NCBI GenBank assembly: GCA_039030515.1
Contig: JBCCEA010000006.1
Location: 64,001 to 128,000 of the forward strand
Direction of reading: 5' to 3'
DNA: 64,000 nucleotides
From: Myxococcota bacterium
Lineage (GTDB): Bacteria > Myxococcota_A > Polyangia > Polyangiales > Houyiibacteriaceae
Shown one piece after another: positions 39,643 through 50,060 of the stretch; the first letter of the stretch is position 1; each line of letters starts with the position of its first letter. A model generated the notes under the pieces. That model was not told the DNA's origin, made no database searches, and was given only the letters and a program-made list of their open reading frames with translations. Position numbers and translations under genes: made by a program.

Positions 39643-40638
39643 ATGGCACGATCGGAAGAACACGCTTCTAGCGAATTTGGGCTGACCACCGAGATTGAGG
39701 TGACCGATAGCGAGGTGCTTTTGCGCCTGGTGGGTCCAGGGGGGCGATACCTCAAGCAGATGGCCAAGGAGCTCGGCCTGCAGTTAGGTCATCGCGGCAC
39801 GTGTATTCTGCTTGCGGGCGCGCCGGAGACGATAGCGCTCGGAGAGCGGGTGGTCCGCGAGCTTTTGGATGCACTCGAAAAACGCGATCTCAGTGAAGTC
39901 GAACTCGGCCGCCTGACGAGAATGTTGCGGGACGATCCCACGATTCGGCTACGGGATTTCTGCGATGAAGTGGTCCTGATCACGGCCCAGCGAAAATCGA
40001 TTCGTCCAAAGGGGCTCTCTCAGCAGAACTATGTGCATGCCATGCGCGAGCACGATGTGGTGTTTGGTGTGGGTCCAGCGGGAACAGGCAAGACCTACCT
40101 GGCGATGGCGATGGCGGTGCACCACCTCTTGCAGAAAAGGGTGAAGCGGATCGTGCTCACGCGTCCGGCGGTAGAGGCAGGGGAGCGACTCGGGTTTTTG
40201 CCGGGCGACTTGGAGGAAAAGGTCAATCCCTACCTCAGGCCGCTCTACGATGCGCTTTACGACATGATGGACGAAGAGCGCGTTGAGCAGCTGCTGTCTC
40301 GGAATGGAGTTGAGGTCGCACCGCTCGCGTTCATGCGAGGCAGAACGCTAAACGACTGCTTTGTAATTTTGGATGAAGCGCAAAATACGACCGTCGATCA
40401 GATGAAGATGTTTCTCACCCGCCTCGGCGCCGAGAGTAAAGCCGCCGTAACCGGAGACATCACTCAGGTCGATCTCCCTTCAGGTCAGCCGAGTGGTCTT
40501 GCGGACGCGGTCTCTCTACTGAGCGATATCGAAGGCATCAAGGTCTGTCGCTTTTACGACGGAGATGTCGTTCGTCATCCGCTGGTGCAGCGGATCGTGC
40601 AGGCCTACGAAGCGCGCAGCGCACAGCGCACTCGATGA
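39643..40638 (+). CDS. phoH: PhoH family ATPase
   Basis: GPAGTGKTYLA, RPAVEAGERLGFLPG, AFMRGRTL, DEAQN, GDITQVDL. Confidence 0.93.
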   Translation: MARSEEHASSEFGLTTEIEVTDSEVLLRLVGPGGRYLKQMAKELGLQLGHRGTCILLAGAPETIALGERVVRELLDALEKRDLSEVELGRLTRMLRDDPTIRLRDFCDEVVLITAQRKSIRPKGLSQQNYVHAMREHDVVFGVGPAGTGKTYLAMAMAVHHLLQKRVKRIVLTRPAVEAGERLGFLPGDLEEKVNPYLRPLYDALYDMMDEERVEQLLSRNGVEVAPLAFMRGRTLNDCFVILDEAQNTTVDQMKMFLTRLGAESKAAVTGDITQVDLPSGQPSGLADAVSLLSDIEGIKVCRFYDGDVVRHPLVQRIVQAYEARSAQRTR

Positions 40639-40650
40639 GAGCACCCAGAG

Positions 40651-41967
40651 CTATTTGGACTTCTTGGGGGCGTCTGAGCTTGGATGGGTAAGGGCGCTGC
40701 CGAATATCGCCATCGCTGCATAGCGCGCCTTAGGCATGGCGGCTTTCATCACCTCGATATGCTCCTCGTGCAGTCCGTAGAAGGTGAAGGCATCGGCGTC
40801 TTGGCCTTGGTCCATCGCATCGGCCGCATGGAGCGATTGAGCGACCACCTGGTTTTCGAGATTACCGGCCTGACCGAGAAGTAGATCCGAAAGACCCAGC
40901 GTGTCCATCGCCAACGTCTCGAGTTGATGGTGCCGGGTGCGCATCGCCGCCTCGAGACCGGCCAAGTCTACCGTCGGCATTTCTCCCTCGTCATGCATCA
41001 GGCCTACCGTGTAGAGCATCAGCGTTGCGCCCAGGTCGTGAAATAGGGCGACAGCGTAGCTCGCTTCGGGATCGGCTTCGTTGAGCGGAGCGAGTGCCTG
41101 CGCGACAATGGCGGCGACGAGGTTGTGACGTAGCCGAATCAAAATGGCTTCCCGCAGTGATTTGTCGGACCCCACGACGTAGCCTCGAAGCGCGATCGCC
41201 TGGAGCAGTCGGGAAGCTTCATGCAGACCCAGCCGACCTACCGCCGTCTCGACGCTGGTGGTCGGGTACGCTCCTCGATAGGCCGGACTGTTGGCAATGG
41301 CCAAAAGCTTTGCGGCGGCCACCGGATGGGTTCGCACGCATTCAGCGAGATCATGAAACGTCGTCCTTGGGTCGTTGATCAAGGTCCGGGCCTGCTCCAT
41401 CAAAGGATTGGAGACCGGCCCCGGTAGATCTCCGGATTTGAGTCGTTTGAGCACGAGATTGTAAAGCCGGAACGCCCGATCCAGGTCGTATTCCAGATCG
41501 GCGGTATTTGAAGCGACCAGCTGCTTCAATGCAGCGAGGTCACACGGAGCAGCGCCGCTGGTCGCTGTGGAAGCGAGATGCAGTATCGAGTCGGTCAGTC
41601 CCCCGAGGGAGCTCGGGCCGACGATCACGTGTACCCCATCATGGGACATCGGTTCGTCCGAGACGTTCCGGTCGACGATGATCGCGGGAACCGACCCGGT
41701 AGTGCGCATGCTGCGTAGACCCCGCGCGAGTTCGTAGGAAGAGGTGCCGGCAAGATCTGCGTTCATCACCAGCACATCTGGGATACCCACCGAAGCGAGC
41801 GTGTGAAAGACATCGCTCAACGTGCCGGCGCCAAAAACCTCAAACCCTACCAGCGATAGAGAGCGTCCCAGATGCCATCGAATCGGGCTGATCGGTTCAG
41901 CGAGTAGAGCAACCGGCGCAGCATCGGAAGTTGGCTTGGCGTTTGAATGGGTGATGGAACCCTCCAC
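40651..41967 (-). CDS. Receiver-like plus HDOD domain protein
   Basis: Degenerate REC N-terminus, AKLLAIANSPAY, AVGRLG, LFHDLG. Confidence 0.82.
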   Translation of the reverse strand: MEGSITHSNAKPTSDAAPVALLAEPISPIRWHLGRSLSLVGFEVFGAGTLSDVFHTLASVGIPDVLVMNADLAGTSSYELARGLRSMRTTGSVPAIIVDRNVSDEPMSHDGVHVIVGPSSLGGLTDSILHLASTATSGAAPCDLAALKQLVASNTADLEYDLDRAFRLYNLVLKRLKSGDLPGPVSNPLMEQARTLINDPRTTFHDLAECVRTHPVAAAKLLAIANSPAYRGAYPTTSVETAVGRLGLHEASRLLQAIALRGYVVGSDKSLREAILIRLRHNLVAAIVAQALAPLNEADPEASYAVALFHDLGATLMLYTVGLMHDEGEMPTVDLAGLEAAMRTRHHQLETLAMDTLGLSDLLLGQAGNLENQVVAQSLHAADAMDQGQDADAFTFYGLHEEHIEVMKAAMPKARYAAMAIFGSALTHPSSDAPKKSK

Positions 41968-42127
41968 AACACCTCCCTCAGGCTTAGACTACGGCAAAAC
42001 CTTGGGGTTTGTGAAATGTTGAATGATGCTGAAGTCTCTTACCCTTCAGAAGATGTAGATCACGAGGCCCAGCAGGAATTGATCGATCCATCGAACGTCG
42101 ATTTTCGGCAGCCCTCTGCCTGCGCTA

Positions 42128-43048
42128 TTGTCGGCGTCCATGCAGGACCGTATCGCTGACAGCGTTCTCGAGTTGGTGGGCAACACCCCTCTTATCCGTC
42201 TTTCCCGCCTCTTTCCCGCCTCTGGTGCCGAGGTCTGCGGCAAGCTGGAATCGCAAAATCCCGCGGGCAGTGTGAAAGATCGACCCGCGCTCGCCATGAT
42301 CGATGAGGCGGAGAAGCAGGGCTTGCTGTCGAGAAGAGCCACCATTATCGAGGCTACCAGCGGCAATACCGGCATCAGTTTGGCCATGATCTCCGCGGTG
42401 CGCGGGTATCGTTGCGTCATCGTGATGCCGGAGGACATGAGTCTCAGTCGGCGTCAAATACTGCGAAGTTACGGAGCCGAGGTACGGCTCACACCCGCGC
42501 ATGAGGGGATGGCCGGCGCCGTCGAGACAGCGCAGCGGCTGCTGTCAGAGACCGAGGGGGCGTTTATGCCGCGTCAGTTCGAAAATGAGGCAAACCCTGA
42601 GGTGCATGCGAACACAACGGCTCAAGAGATCTGGAGTGCTACCGAAGGGCGACTGGATGCTTTTGTGGCGGGTGTGGGTACCGGAGGCACGGTTACCGGA
42701 GTCGCCCGATTTCTAAAGCAGCAACAGCCGGCGCTCCACGTGGTGGCGGTGGAACCCCGAGCCAGTGCGGTGCTTTCTGGCAAGTCGCCCGGGCTTCATG
42801 GAATCCAGGGGCTCGGTGCGGGGTTTGTGCCCCAAGTTCTCGATCGGAGTCTCGTCGATGAGATCATCACGGTGAGCGACGTCGCCGCCGACAAGATGAC
42901 GTCCCGCCTCTCGGAGGAAGAAGGCCTGCTCTTGGGCCCCTCCGCGGGCGCAAACGTCCATGCCGCTTTGGAGGTTGCGCGCGGTTTGTCGCCGCAGCAG
43001 AGGGTCGTGACCATCCTCTGTGACGGTGGCGAGCGATACCTCGCCTGA
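42128..43048 (+). CDS. cysK: Cysteine synthase A
   Basis: NPAGSVKDR, EATSGNTG, GVGTGGT, HGIQGLGAGFVP, DGGERYL. Confidence 0.95.
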   Translation: MSASMQDRIADSVLELVGNTPLIRLSRLFPASGAEVCGKLESQNPAGSVKDRPALAMIDEAEKQGLLSRRATIIEATSGNTGISLAMISAVRGYRCVIVMPEDMSLSRRQILRSYGAEVRLTPAHEGMAGAVETAQRLLSETEGAFMPRQFENEANPEVHANTTAQEIWSATEGRLDAFVAGVGTGGTVTGVARFLKQQQPALHVVAVEPRASAVLSGKSPGLHGIQGLGAGFVPQVLDRSLVDEIITVSDVAADKMTSRLSEEEGLLLGPSAGANVHAALEVARGLSPQQRVVTILCDGGERYLA

Positions 43049-43220
43049 CTGCACTCACGTGAAGCAATCCCTTGAGGTACGGCTGAGCGGAGTCGCTCAG
43101 GACGATTCGGACCGCGTACGGTGAACTGCCTGCGCCCACCACCGATCGGTTGAGGCTCGCACTCTACTGAGGCGACGGGTACGACCGATGAGGTGATGGG
43201 TACGACCGATGAGGCGATAT

Positions 43221-44230
43221 TCAGCCAGATGCGGCGGGCTCCGCATAGAACTGCTTTGCCCAAAGTCGATACGGGATGATCGGACCGTCTCCCTTGGCGA
43301 GCGCAGGCTGCGTCACGTATCTCTTGGAGTTCCAGATCGGAGCGTCGAAGAAGACCTCCTTCCGTAGTCCCATGGCCACCAAAAAGTGCATGAGCTGCTT
43401 GATGCCGGGTAGGAAGGTGCCCTTGATCGAAGACGCGAGCCTCAGATCGATGTGGGTTTCGTCGATCGGGGTAGGGAGGATGAAATGGCGCATCCTAAGC
43501 CGTGCGAAGGGAACGGTTCCCTCGACTAGGGACCAGCCCAAGCCGCATGCTTCGACCTTAAAATGCGCCCGGACAGAGGCACTCGGGAGTCCAAGAAAGC
43601 CGAGGCTCGCGTCGATGCCGTACCCGGTTCGGAGCACCGGAGCGTCGATGGTGAGTTGCTCCTCAATCCAGGCATCAGAAAAACCGTGAACCTCCGTAAA
43701 GTGTCCAAAACCCACTCTGTTCTCGGTTGTCTCCTGAGGATGTGAGTTCAGGTTGACAACGGTGCTCCAAAGGCCTGTCCGCCCTTCTTGGCTCAGTTCA
43801 GGTACCTCCCATCGTGAAGGCTCGTGCTCCGGATGGTGCCACATGAGGATGAACCCGTTTCGTTCCACCACGTGATAGGACTTGAGTACCGTCTTGCGCG
43901 GAGTTTTGCTTCCGTAGGCGTTGCCTACACAGGTGCCCTGAGCGTTGAAGCAAAAACCATGGAACCCACACCGAACTCTGCCCCGCTCTAGTGCTCCGTG
44001 GGTGCCGAGGTCTGCTCCCAGATGCGGACAATAGGCATCAAGCCCATGAGGCACGCTTCTTCGTCTCGAAACAGGATGAAGTCTTGCGCGAAGTAGTATC
44101 TGCGTAAGATGGCACCCGGCTTGAGTTCCGCACTCGTTGCCACCGCGAACCAGCCGCAAGGCAGGGAGGCAAAGGGAACCTGCTTTTCGGGGGATCGTGT
44201 CGAGGAAGGCTTGGACTTCCCTATCTGTAA
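43221..44230 (-). pseudogene. Rieske non-heme iron oxygenase (KshA/sterol desaturase-like), frameshifted
   Basis: CPHLGADL...CGFHG Rieske motif. The canonical N-terminus (PCGWFAVATSAELKPG..FILFRDEE) lies in a different frame, with the shift near 44056. 5' boundary approximate. Confidence 0.75.
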
Positions 44231-44323
44231 GAGAGAATTCCTGGTGCGCTAGCTCCGTGACGCCTTTGAACGACTGCAACGGCCAGTGCGGTCACTACAG
44301 GGCCGGACCACCTCCTCGCGTAT

Positions 44324-44367
44324 CGTCGTCAAGCACATCCGTGTCCGTCGTCAAGCACATCCGTGTC
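44324..44367. repeat. Perfect 22-bp tandem duplication
   Basis: cgtcgtcaagcacatccgtgtc x2. Confidence 0.9.
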
Positions 44368-44400
44368 CTTGCCGAAACACCCCTAGCGATGCGTGAAACC

Positions 44401-47121
44401 CTAAGTCCGTAGGTGACTCGCTATGAGGGGCGGTAGCCCAGCCTGAGCATCCCTACAGGCGGCAAGTGAGACTCGATGTGCCTTCACGAGCCGCCACATC
44501 GAGGGACGACAGGTCAGTATGAGAATCTGCGTTTTTTCCGCCGCGCTCTGCAGAAGATGCAGGAGCTGGCCAAAACGTGGATCGTCGCTGTGCGCCGGCG
44601 CGTCGTCGAGTATCACCGGTGGTGGCGTACCCTCCTCTGCCAAAATCTCGGCAAATGAAAGACGGCTCAAAATAGCCAACTGCTCTCGCGTGCCGTAACT
44701 CAACGTCTCAAAAGGCTCGAGTGTCGACCGCTCGAGTCCGACCGCAGTCATACGCGAGGAAAGTTGCAGGGTCTGCCCCGGGAATATGCGATCGACGTAA
44801 CGCTGCATTCGCTTTTGGAGCGGTGCCTGGAAACGATCGAGATTTCGTTTGGCAATAGATTTCAAGGTTTCATCGAGGAGGGTCAGGGATCTGCGTTCCC
44901 GCTCATCTCTTGCGTTTTGCTCTCCGAGTCGCATGACGGTTTGCTCTAGTTCCGCTTGTCGCTCTCCAAGCCCCGTTTGACCGCTTCCTGCCAAAAACGC
45001 TCGATGTCTACTGAGCTCTAGCCGAAGCTGCTGATCCTGGTCCCGGCACGCCTCTAGGTTTTTTTTCGCCTGCGTCCATTGTTCTGCCGCCGTATCGAAG
45101 AGCCCTTCTCGCCATTGTTTTTCGAGCTCTAAGACTTCCTGCTCTCTCGCCTGACGTTCGGCCGAAGCACCACGGAGTGTCTCGTCTAAGACAGAATTGG
45201 AGAGATCCTGCTGCGCCTCTGCGTACGTTTGCTTGGCTTGATGCAGATGCCGCGACTCTGCCTCCCGCTGGCCCTGAAGTGAGGCCAGCTGTTGGTCCAG
45301 GGTCGAAAGGAGCGCCCTTGTGCGCGTCAGTTCTGCCTGGACATATTCGATCTTTTGCGAAATCTCCCGACACGCATCCTCTGATGTCGAAAGCTGAGTT
45401 TGTGCTTCGGCCAAAGAGATCGAGGCGCCATCCCCATCGGTCAGGCCCAACTGGAGTTGCGGCTCAGGTTCAGAATCTTGAGAGAGATCATGCCAAACCC
45501 CCTGACTGCGCTGCAGCTCCTCGCGAAGCATATCGATTCCAATTGGCGCGTGCGCGTCTATAACTTGCGCAAGGGATGCGAGTTCGTTCTCGTCGCTTCT
45601 GCGACGTTCGTAAGCGACCCGCACATCGTCCACGCTCGATAGTCCAAGCTCGGCCAGTGCTGCCTGATACTCCGCCTCGTAGCGGCGACCCGCCTCCTGT
45701 TCTCGACGCCGATCTTCTCCTCCTGGGTGGATGACGATCGAGCCGAGCGTGCCGAGTTCGAGCGTGGCGCTTTGGTCCAGCAAGAGGGGCTGCTTTAAGT
45801 CCAAGAGAACCCCTGCCAGCCGCACCTCACCCTCGTACCCGCTGAGGTCGACCCTTGTAGAGGTTGCAACAAGCATGTGCTGCACCCTAAGTGCCGCGTC
45901 TCGCAGGCGCTCCAGCTTCCGGTAGCACGCTTCCGTTATCGGGTTGTCGCGAAGGCGTAACTCAAGATGCCGCTGCTGTTTGGAGGCCGCCTCTAGCTTG
46001 CGAAGGCGTTCTTTCAGCTGGCTCAGCTCGTGCGCGCAGAGAGCGCGATCCCGGCTCAGTTGCGCGACGCTTCTCCGTTCGAGGGCCGTTGCTTGCTCCG
46101 CTTTTAGCGCGCCAAGCTCGGTTTCCAGTCGTGTGCACTCCCGATGCGGGACATGCCGCTTTATCGATTCGTGTTCTGCCAGGAGCGCTGCGATCTTGTG
46201 TTCGGATGCGGTGAAGGTTTCGACCTGTGACTTGCGTTGCTGATGCAATTCAAAGAACCGCTGATGAGTCCGAACAGCCTCCGCATGGTGTTTCTGTGCG
46301 TGCTCCTTTTTCTCTTTTATCGAAAGGGCGCGTTGCTGGAACGCTTCAGCCTTGGCGGCTTGTACCTCAAGCTCTGCGATTCGATCCTGCATCGACGTCG
46401 CGTCTCTTTGCTGCTGTTCCAGTGCATTTTGACGTGAATCGTACTCGGCGAGAAGTGCACGCACGGATTCCAGCTCGGTTTTGGCTTCCTGAAGGTGTTG
46501 AAGGCGTTTGCGGTAAGCGCCTACCGGCACGCCCTTTTTGCCGACCCAGCCGGCAAGTCGCGATTCGATTCGCTGCATCAATCTCTGTCCCACGTCGCCA
46601 TGAAGTGCGTCCTCGACTTCCCGGTCGAGTGCGCTGCGCAATTTCGTTTCGGCGGCTTGGTTTGGCTCCGTTTCGAGGATGGTGCTGCCCTGATCGAGGA
46701 TAAAGAGCGACCACACGCCGCGATGTTCAGGTCGGCTCGGACCTCTTTTCGGAATCTGAATGCCGAGGAGCGCCTCCAGAGCGTCTTCAGCGGCGGTCCC
46801 TCGGTAGCGCACGCTCGGTCCTTCGAGGAGCGCTTCGGGCTGTTGGCAGTAGGCTTTACGAAGCAGGTAGGATGATCCGGCGATCGAAAACCGAAGCTCG
46901 ATGGTCGGTCGCACTTGACTGCCGAAAGGGAGCATTCGTTTTGCGATCTGACCGCTGACTCGGTGCCGCTGAAAAAGAACAGTTTGGATCGCGTCGACCA
47001 GCGTGGATTTTCCGGTTTCGTTCGCACCCTCGATGAGGTTCAGCCCCCTTGTCAGGCTGTCGATGCAGGTGTGCCCCCTCAGTGTTCGAAAATCCAAGAT
47101 CTCGATAGCTTCGATGTACAT
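44401..47121 (-). CDS. SMC/Rad50-like ATPase (SbcC/YhaN-like)
   Basis: Walker A GANETGKST, long coiled coil, signature LSYGTREQL, Walker B VILDD. Confidence 0.88.
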   Translation of the reverse strand: MYIEAIEILDFRTLRGHTCIDSLTRGLNLIEGANETGKSTLVDAIQTVLFQRHRVSGQIAKRMLPFGSQVRPTIELRFSIAGSSYLLRKAYCQQPEALLEGPSVRYRGTAAEDALEALLGIQIPKRGPSRPEHRGVWSLFILDQGSTILETEPNQAAETKLRSALDREVEDALHGDVGQRLMQRIESRLAGWVGKKGVPVGAYRKRLQHLQEAKTELESVRALLAEYDSRQNALEQQQRDATSMQDRIAELEVQAAKAEAFQQRALSIKEKKEHAQKHHAEAVRTHQRFFELHQQRKSQVETFTASEHKIAALLAEHESIKRHVPHRECTRLETELGALKAEQATALERRSVAQLSRDRALCAHELSQLKERLRKLEAASKQQRHLELRLRDNPITEACYRKLERLRDAALRVQHMLVATSTRVDLSGYEGEVRLAGVLLDLKQPLLLDQSATLELGTLGSIVIHPGGEDRRREQEAGRRYEAEYQAALAELGLSSVDDVRVAYERRRSDENELASLAQVIDAHAPIGIDMLREELQRSQGVWHDLSQDSEPEPQLQLGLTDGDGASISLAEAQTQLSTSEDACREISQKIEYVQAELTRTRALLSTLDQQLASLQGQREAESRHLHQAKQTYAEAQQDLSNSVLDETLRGASAERQAREQEVLELEKQWREGLFDTAAEQWTQAKKNLEACRDQDQQLRLELSRHRAFLAGSGQTGLGERQAELEQTVMRLGEQNARDERERRSLTLLDETLKSIAKRNLDRFQAPLQKRMQRYVDRIFPGQTLQLSSRMTAVGLERSTLEPFETLSYGTREQLAILSRLSFAEILAEEGTPPPVILDDAPAHSDDPRFGQLLHLLQSAAEKTQILILTCRPSMWRLVKAHRVSLAACRDAQAGLPPLIASHLRT

Positions 47122-47170
47122 CGCTCGACTTCCGTTTCCGTGAAGATCTCAAGAGGTAGATCCGAGCAAC

Positions 47171-48295
47171 TCAAGGCATAGAACGGCTCAGCTGGCGATG
47201 CTCGAGCACCAAGATCGAAAGGGCTCGAGACGCATACTCGGATTCCGGATGAGAGGGGTCTTCGGCGATGTGCAGCAGGGTGCGCACCGCCTCGCCGACC
47301 ATACCGGTTGAGAGTTCGGCCAAGTCGTGTGCGCAAGCCCGCGGCGCCAAGTTTGAATCGTCGATCGAGGCCGCAAAAAAACGGGACCGCAGAGGATCCA
47401 GGCGGGCACTTAAGGAAGCGTGGGCTTCGACCGGAAGCGTGCCCCGAAGCAGCAGATTGCATACCGACAGCTCCGGCTCCTCCAGCGCCAGCAGTTGAGC
47501 TTCTAACGCATCCAGGTCTGAGGTCTCTGACAGCTCGCATTCGAGTTGCCTGAACCGATAGGTGCTGGTTCGTTTGCGCTGCACCCGAGGAGGACTGCTG
47601 GCGCCTTCAAATTCGACGAGAAGTACGTTCCCCGAGTCATTGTTGCGGAAACTGTCGCTTTCTGGAGTGCCCGAGTACCAGGTTCGCTCTGCGATCTGGA
47701 GGGTGCCGTGCCAATCGCCAAGCGCCAAGTAGTCGAGCCGCGCACTGCTCGCCCGTCGATCGGAAATCGGATTGTCGTTTGCGCTCCGATTCGGGAGGCG
47801 GTCCTGCACACATCCATGAGCCAGTCCGATGCGCAGATGGCCTACCGGGCTTGGTGCGTCGTCGAACCACGAGGTGCAGTCTTCAGGCTCGTGGCGTCGC
47901 CGAAGAGGTGCGGGAAACACCGTGAATCCAGGCATGGTCAGCGGACGAGGTTCGAGCAGTAGATGGACGTGCTCCGGTGGGGCAAGAGCGGGAATCCGGC
48001 TCCAAACGCCACCTGCTGTGGCAGCGTCGTGGTTTCCGGGCAGCAGTAGAAATGGAACGGGATACTTCGCGAGGGTGAGCAGCAGCTTCCTTACGGTATC
48101 GTCTGACACGGTGTTTACTTCGAAGACATCCCCAGCCACGAGGACTGCATCGACCGCTTCGTCGAGAGCAAGTTGACCGATCCGGTCGACCGTTTTGAGG
48201 CGCTGTTGCCTCAGGATCGCGGCCGCGTCTCCACCGACATACTCAAAGCGTTTTCCGATCTGCCAGTCGGCAGTGTGCAAAAGACGAACGACCAT
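47171..48295 (-). CDS. Mre11/SbcD-like DNA repair exonuclease (metallophosphoesterase)
   Basis: LHTADWQIG, AGDVF, PGNHD, AHG, LGDWH, YSGTPE. Confidence 0.9.
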   Translation of the reverse strand: MVVRLLHTADWQIGKRFEYVGGDAAAILRQQRLKTVDRIGQLALDEAVDAVLVAGDVFEVNTVSDDTVRKLLLTLAKYPVPFLLLPGNHDAATAGGVWSRIPALAPPEHVHLLLEPRPLTMPGFTVFPAPLRRRHEPEDCTSWFDDAPSPVGHLRIGLAHGCVQDRLPNRSANDNPISDRRASSARLDYLALGDWHGTLQIAERTWYSGTPESDSFRNNDSGNVLLVEFEGASSPPRVQRKRTSTYRFRQLECELSETSDLDALEAQLLALEEPELSVCNLLLRGTLPVEAHASLSARLDPLRSRFFAASIDDSNLAPRACAHDLAELSTGMVGEAVRTLLHIAEDPSHPESEYASRALSILVLEHRQLSRSMP

Positions 48296-48368
48296 GGTGC
48301 TGCGGACCGTAGACCGGGACCGACTCCGCAAGCTACTCGATACTGAACGAATTGCACGGGTCTTGGCT

Positions 48369-49679
48369 TCATTTCGAGGCGGCGTTAGCTGGTGGCCATC
48401 TCCTGCGCCACACGATGCGGGGGTGTTCGAAACGAAGATGGACCGAACGAGCGTGCTGAAACGAGGACGGATGGAACGACCGTATCTTTGGCAGCCTGGT
48501 ATCAGAGTCGTCTATCACGAAAAAGGGGTCTCCGTCGATGGTGCGAAGGCACTGGTCTCCCTTGATGGTGCGAAGGCACTGGTTTTCGTCGATGGTGCGA
48601 AGGCACTGGTCTTCGTCGATGGTACCAAGGCAACTGCCCCTGACGGCGTTCCACGCCTTGACCGTCCCGTCCTTTGAGCTGGAGACCACGAACGGCCTGC
48701 TGGGCATGATCGCCACCGAAGTGACCGGGCCGGTGTGCCCCCTAAGGATGCGAAGGCACTCGCCCGTTTTGGGGTTCCACACCCTGATGGTATGGTCTTC
48801 TGAGCCCGAGATGACGCGCTCTCCGTTCGGGGAGAACGCCACCGAAGTGACCGGGCCCGTGTGCCCCCTAAGGATGCGAAGGCACTCGCCCGTTTTGGGA
48901 TTCCACACCCTGACGGTATGGTCTTTTGAACCGGAGACGATGCGCTTTCCGTTCGGGGAGAACGCCACCGAATTGACCGTGCCCCCGTGCCCCCTAAGGA
49001 TCCAAAGGCGCAGGCCCTTTTCGGGGTTCCACACCTTGATGGTTCTGTCTTCTGAGCCTAAGACAACGAGCTTTCCGTTCGGGGAGAACGCCACCGAGGT
49101 GACCGGTTCCATGTGCCCCGTGTGCCCCGTGTTCCCCCACAAGTGACTTGTATGCGACGTGTGCGCGACAAGGGTGTGAAGGCGTTCACCCGTTTCGGAG
49201 TTCCACATCCTGACAGTACTGTCGCCTGAGCCGGAGGCGATTCGCTTCCCGTCCGGGGAGAACGCCACCGAAATGACCGGGCCCACGTGCCCCTTACATG
49301 TGCAAAGGTCCAGGCCCGTCTCGGCGTTCCACACCTTGACGGCACCGTGGTGTGAGCCGGAGGCGATGCGCTCTCCGCTCGGGGAGATCGCCACCGAGAT
49401 GACCCGGCTCACGTGCCCCTTGTCGCTGGGATGGTGTAACCATCTTAGGTTTTGAAACTCGAATGGTCTGGCTTCGTCCCGGTATTCCGTGCATAGGGGA
49501 GGAGCCTCTAGTTCTTCATACAGAATCCTTAGTGGAATCGGCATGGGATCCGTGGGGATGCTGCCAACATCTGGATTTTGCTCTTGCCCGATGACCCCAG
49601 ACGAGACCGGGTCCGGTAGTCCAGGACCCCGATTTCTTCCACGGGTCCCTTCGTGTGGTATACGACGCCATATTCTCAT
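48369..49679 (-). CDS. WD40-repeat protein, copy 1
   Basis: Six GH..V.SVA.SP.G..I.SGS.D.T..VW repeats. Start set at ATG 49679, downstream of a GGAGA RBS-like sequence. Confidence 0.9.
   Translation of the reverse strand: MRIWRRIPHEGTRGRNRGPGLPDPVSSGVIGQEQNPDVGSIPTDPMPIPLRILYEELEAPPLCTEYRDEARPFEFQNLRWLHHPSDKGHVSRVISVAISPSGERIASGSHHGAVKVWNAETGLDLCTCKGHVGPVISVAFSPDGKRIASGSGDSTVRMWNSETGERLHTLVAHTSHTSHLWGNTGHTGHMEPVTSVAFSPNGKLVVLGSEDRTIKVWNPEKGLRLWILRGHGGTVNSVAFSPNGKRIVSGSKDHTVRVWNPKTGECLRILRGHTGPVTSVAFSPNGERVISGSEDHTIRVWNPKTGECLRILRGHTGPVTSVAIMPSRPFVVSSSKDGTVKAWNAVRGSCLGTIDEDQCLRTIDENQCLRTIKGDQCLRTIDGDPFFVIDDSDTRLPKIRSFHPSSFQHARSVHLRFEHPRIVWRRRWPPANAASK
48530..48635. repeat. 27-bp (9-aa) x4 tandem repeat in the C-terminus of WD40 copy 1
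   Basis: gatggtgcgaaggcactggt units at 48537, 48564 and 48591, variant at 48618. Peptide CL(R/G)TIxxxQ. Confidence 0.88.
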
Positions 49680-50060
49680 AAAGATCTCTCCGTGAGCCAC
49701 AAGGGCTGAACACACTTGCCCGTGCCGGCGGAGCCGCGACCACTCAGAGGCGTATCGTCAGCGTGACATGATACGCGCTCGCGTCGACTTTCAGGTCGTT
49801 TCAGGGGCTTGGGTCGAGGGGTCTCCGATGCGAGGACGAGCTTCGTCTGCTCATGCATGCGCGACGTCGTTGGGGGCTTCCATTTCGTCGACGGGCGCTA
49901 GCCTGGAGTTCCCGGTCCTCGGCATCACAAAAATGCCCCTCAAGCCGTACCGTGCTACCAGCAGGCAGCGAAATATAGTACCGATGGCCGCTCGGGATTG
50001 GAGGTATCTATCACGAAATGGTTTCTTCCGTGGATGGTGCGGAGGCACTCGCCCGTGACG
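49678..50060. repeat. Repeat unit of the WD40 array (leader, spacer and gene end), copy A
   Basis: Near-identical to 51000-~51390. The first ~135 nt recur at 52330-52464. Confidence 0.92.

Noticed and set aside
13640..48395. E. coli Chi octamer GCTGGTGG at 13640, 41254 and 48388, two of them at the arrays
   Set aside because: Chi is lineage-specific, and a few hits in 64 kb of GC-rich DNA are expected by chance.
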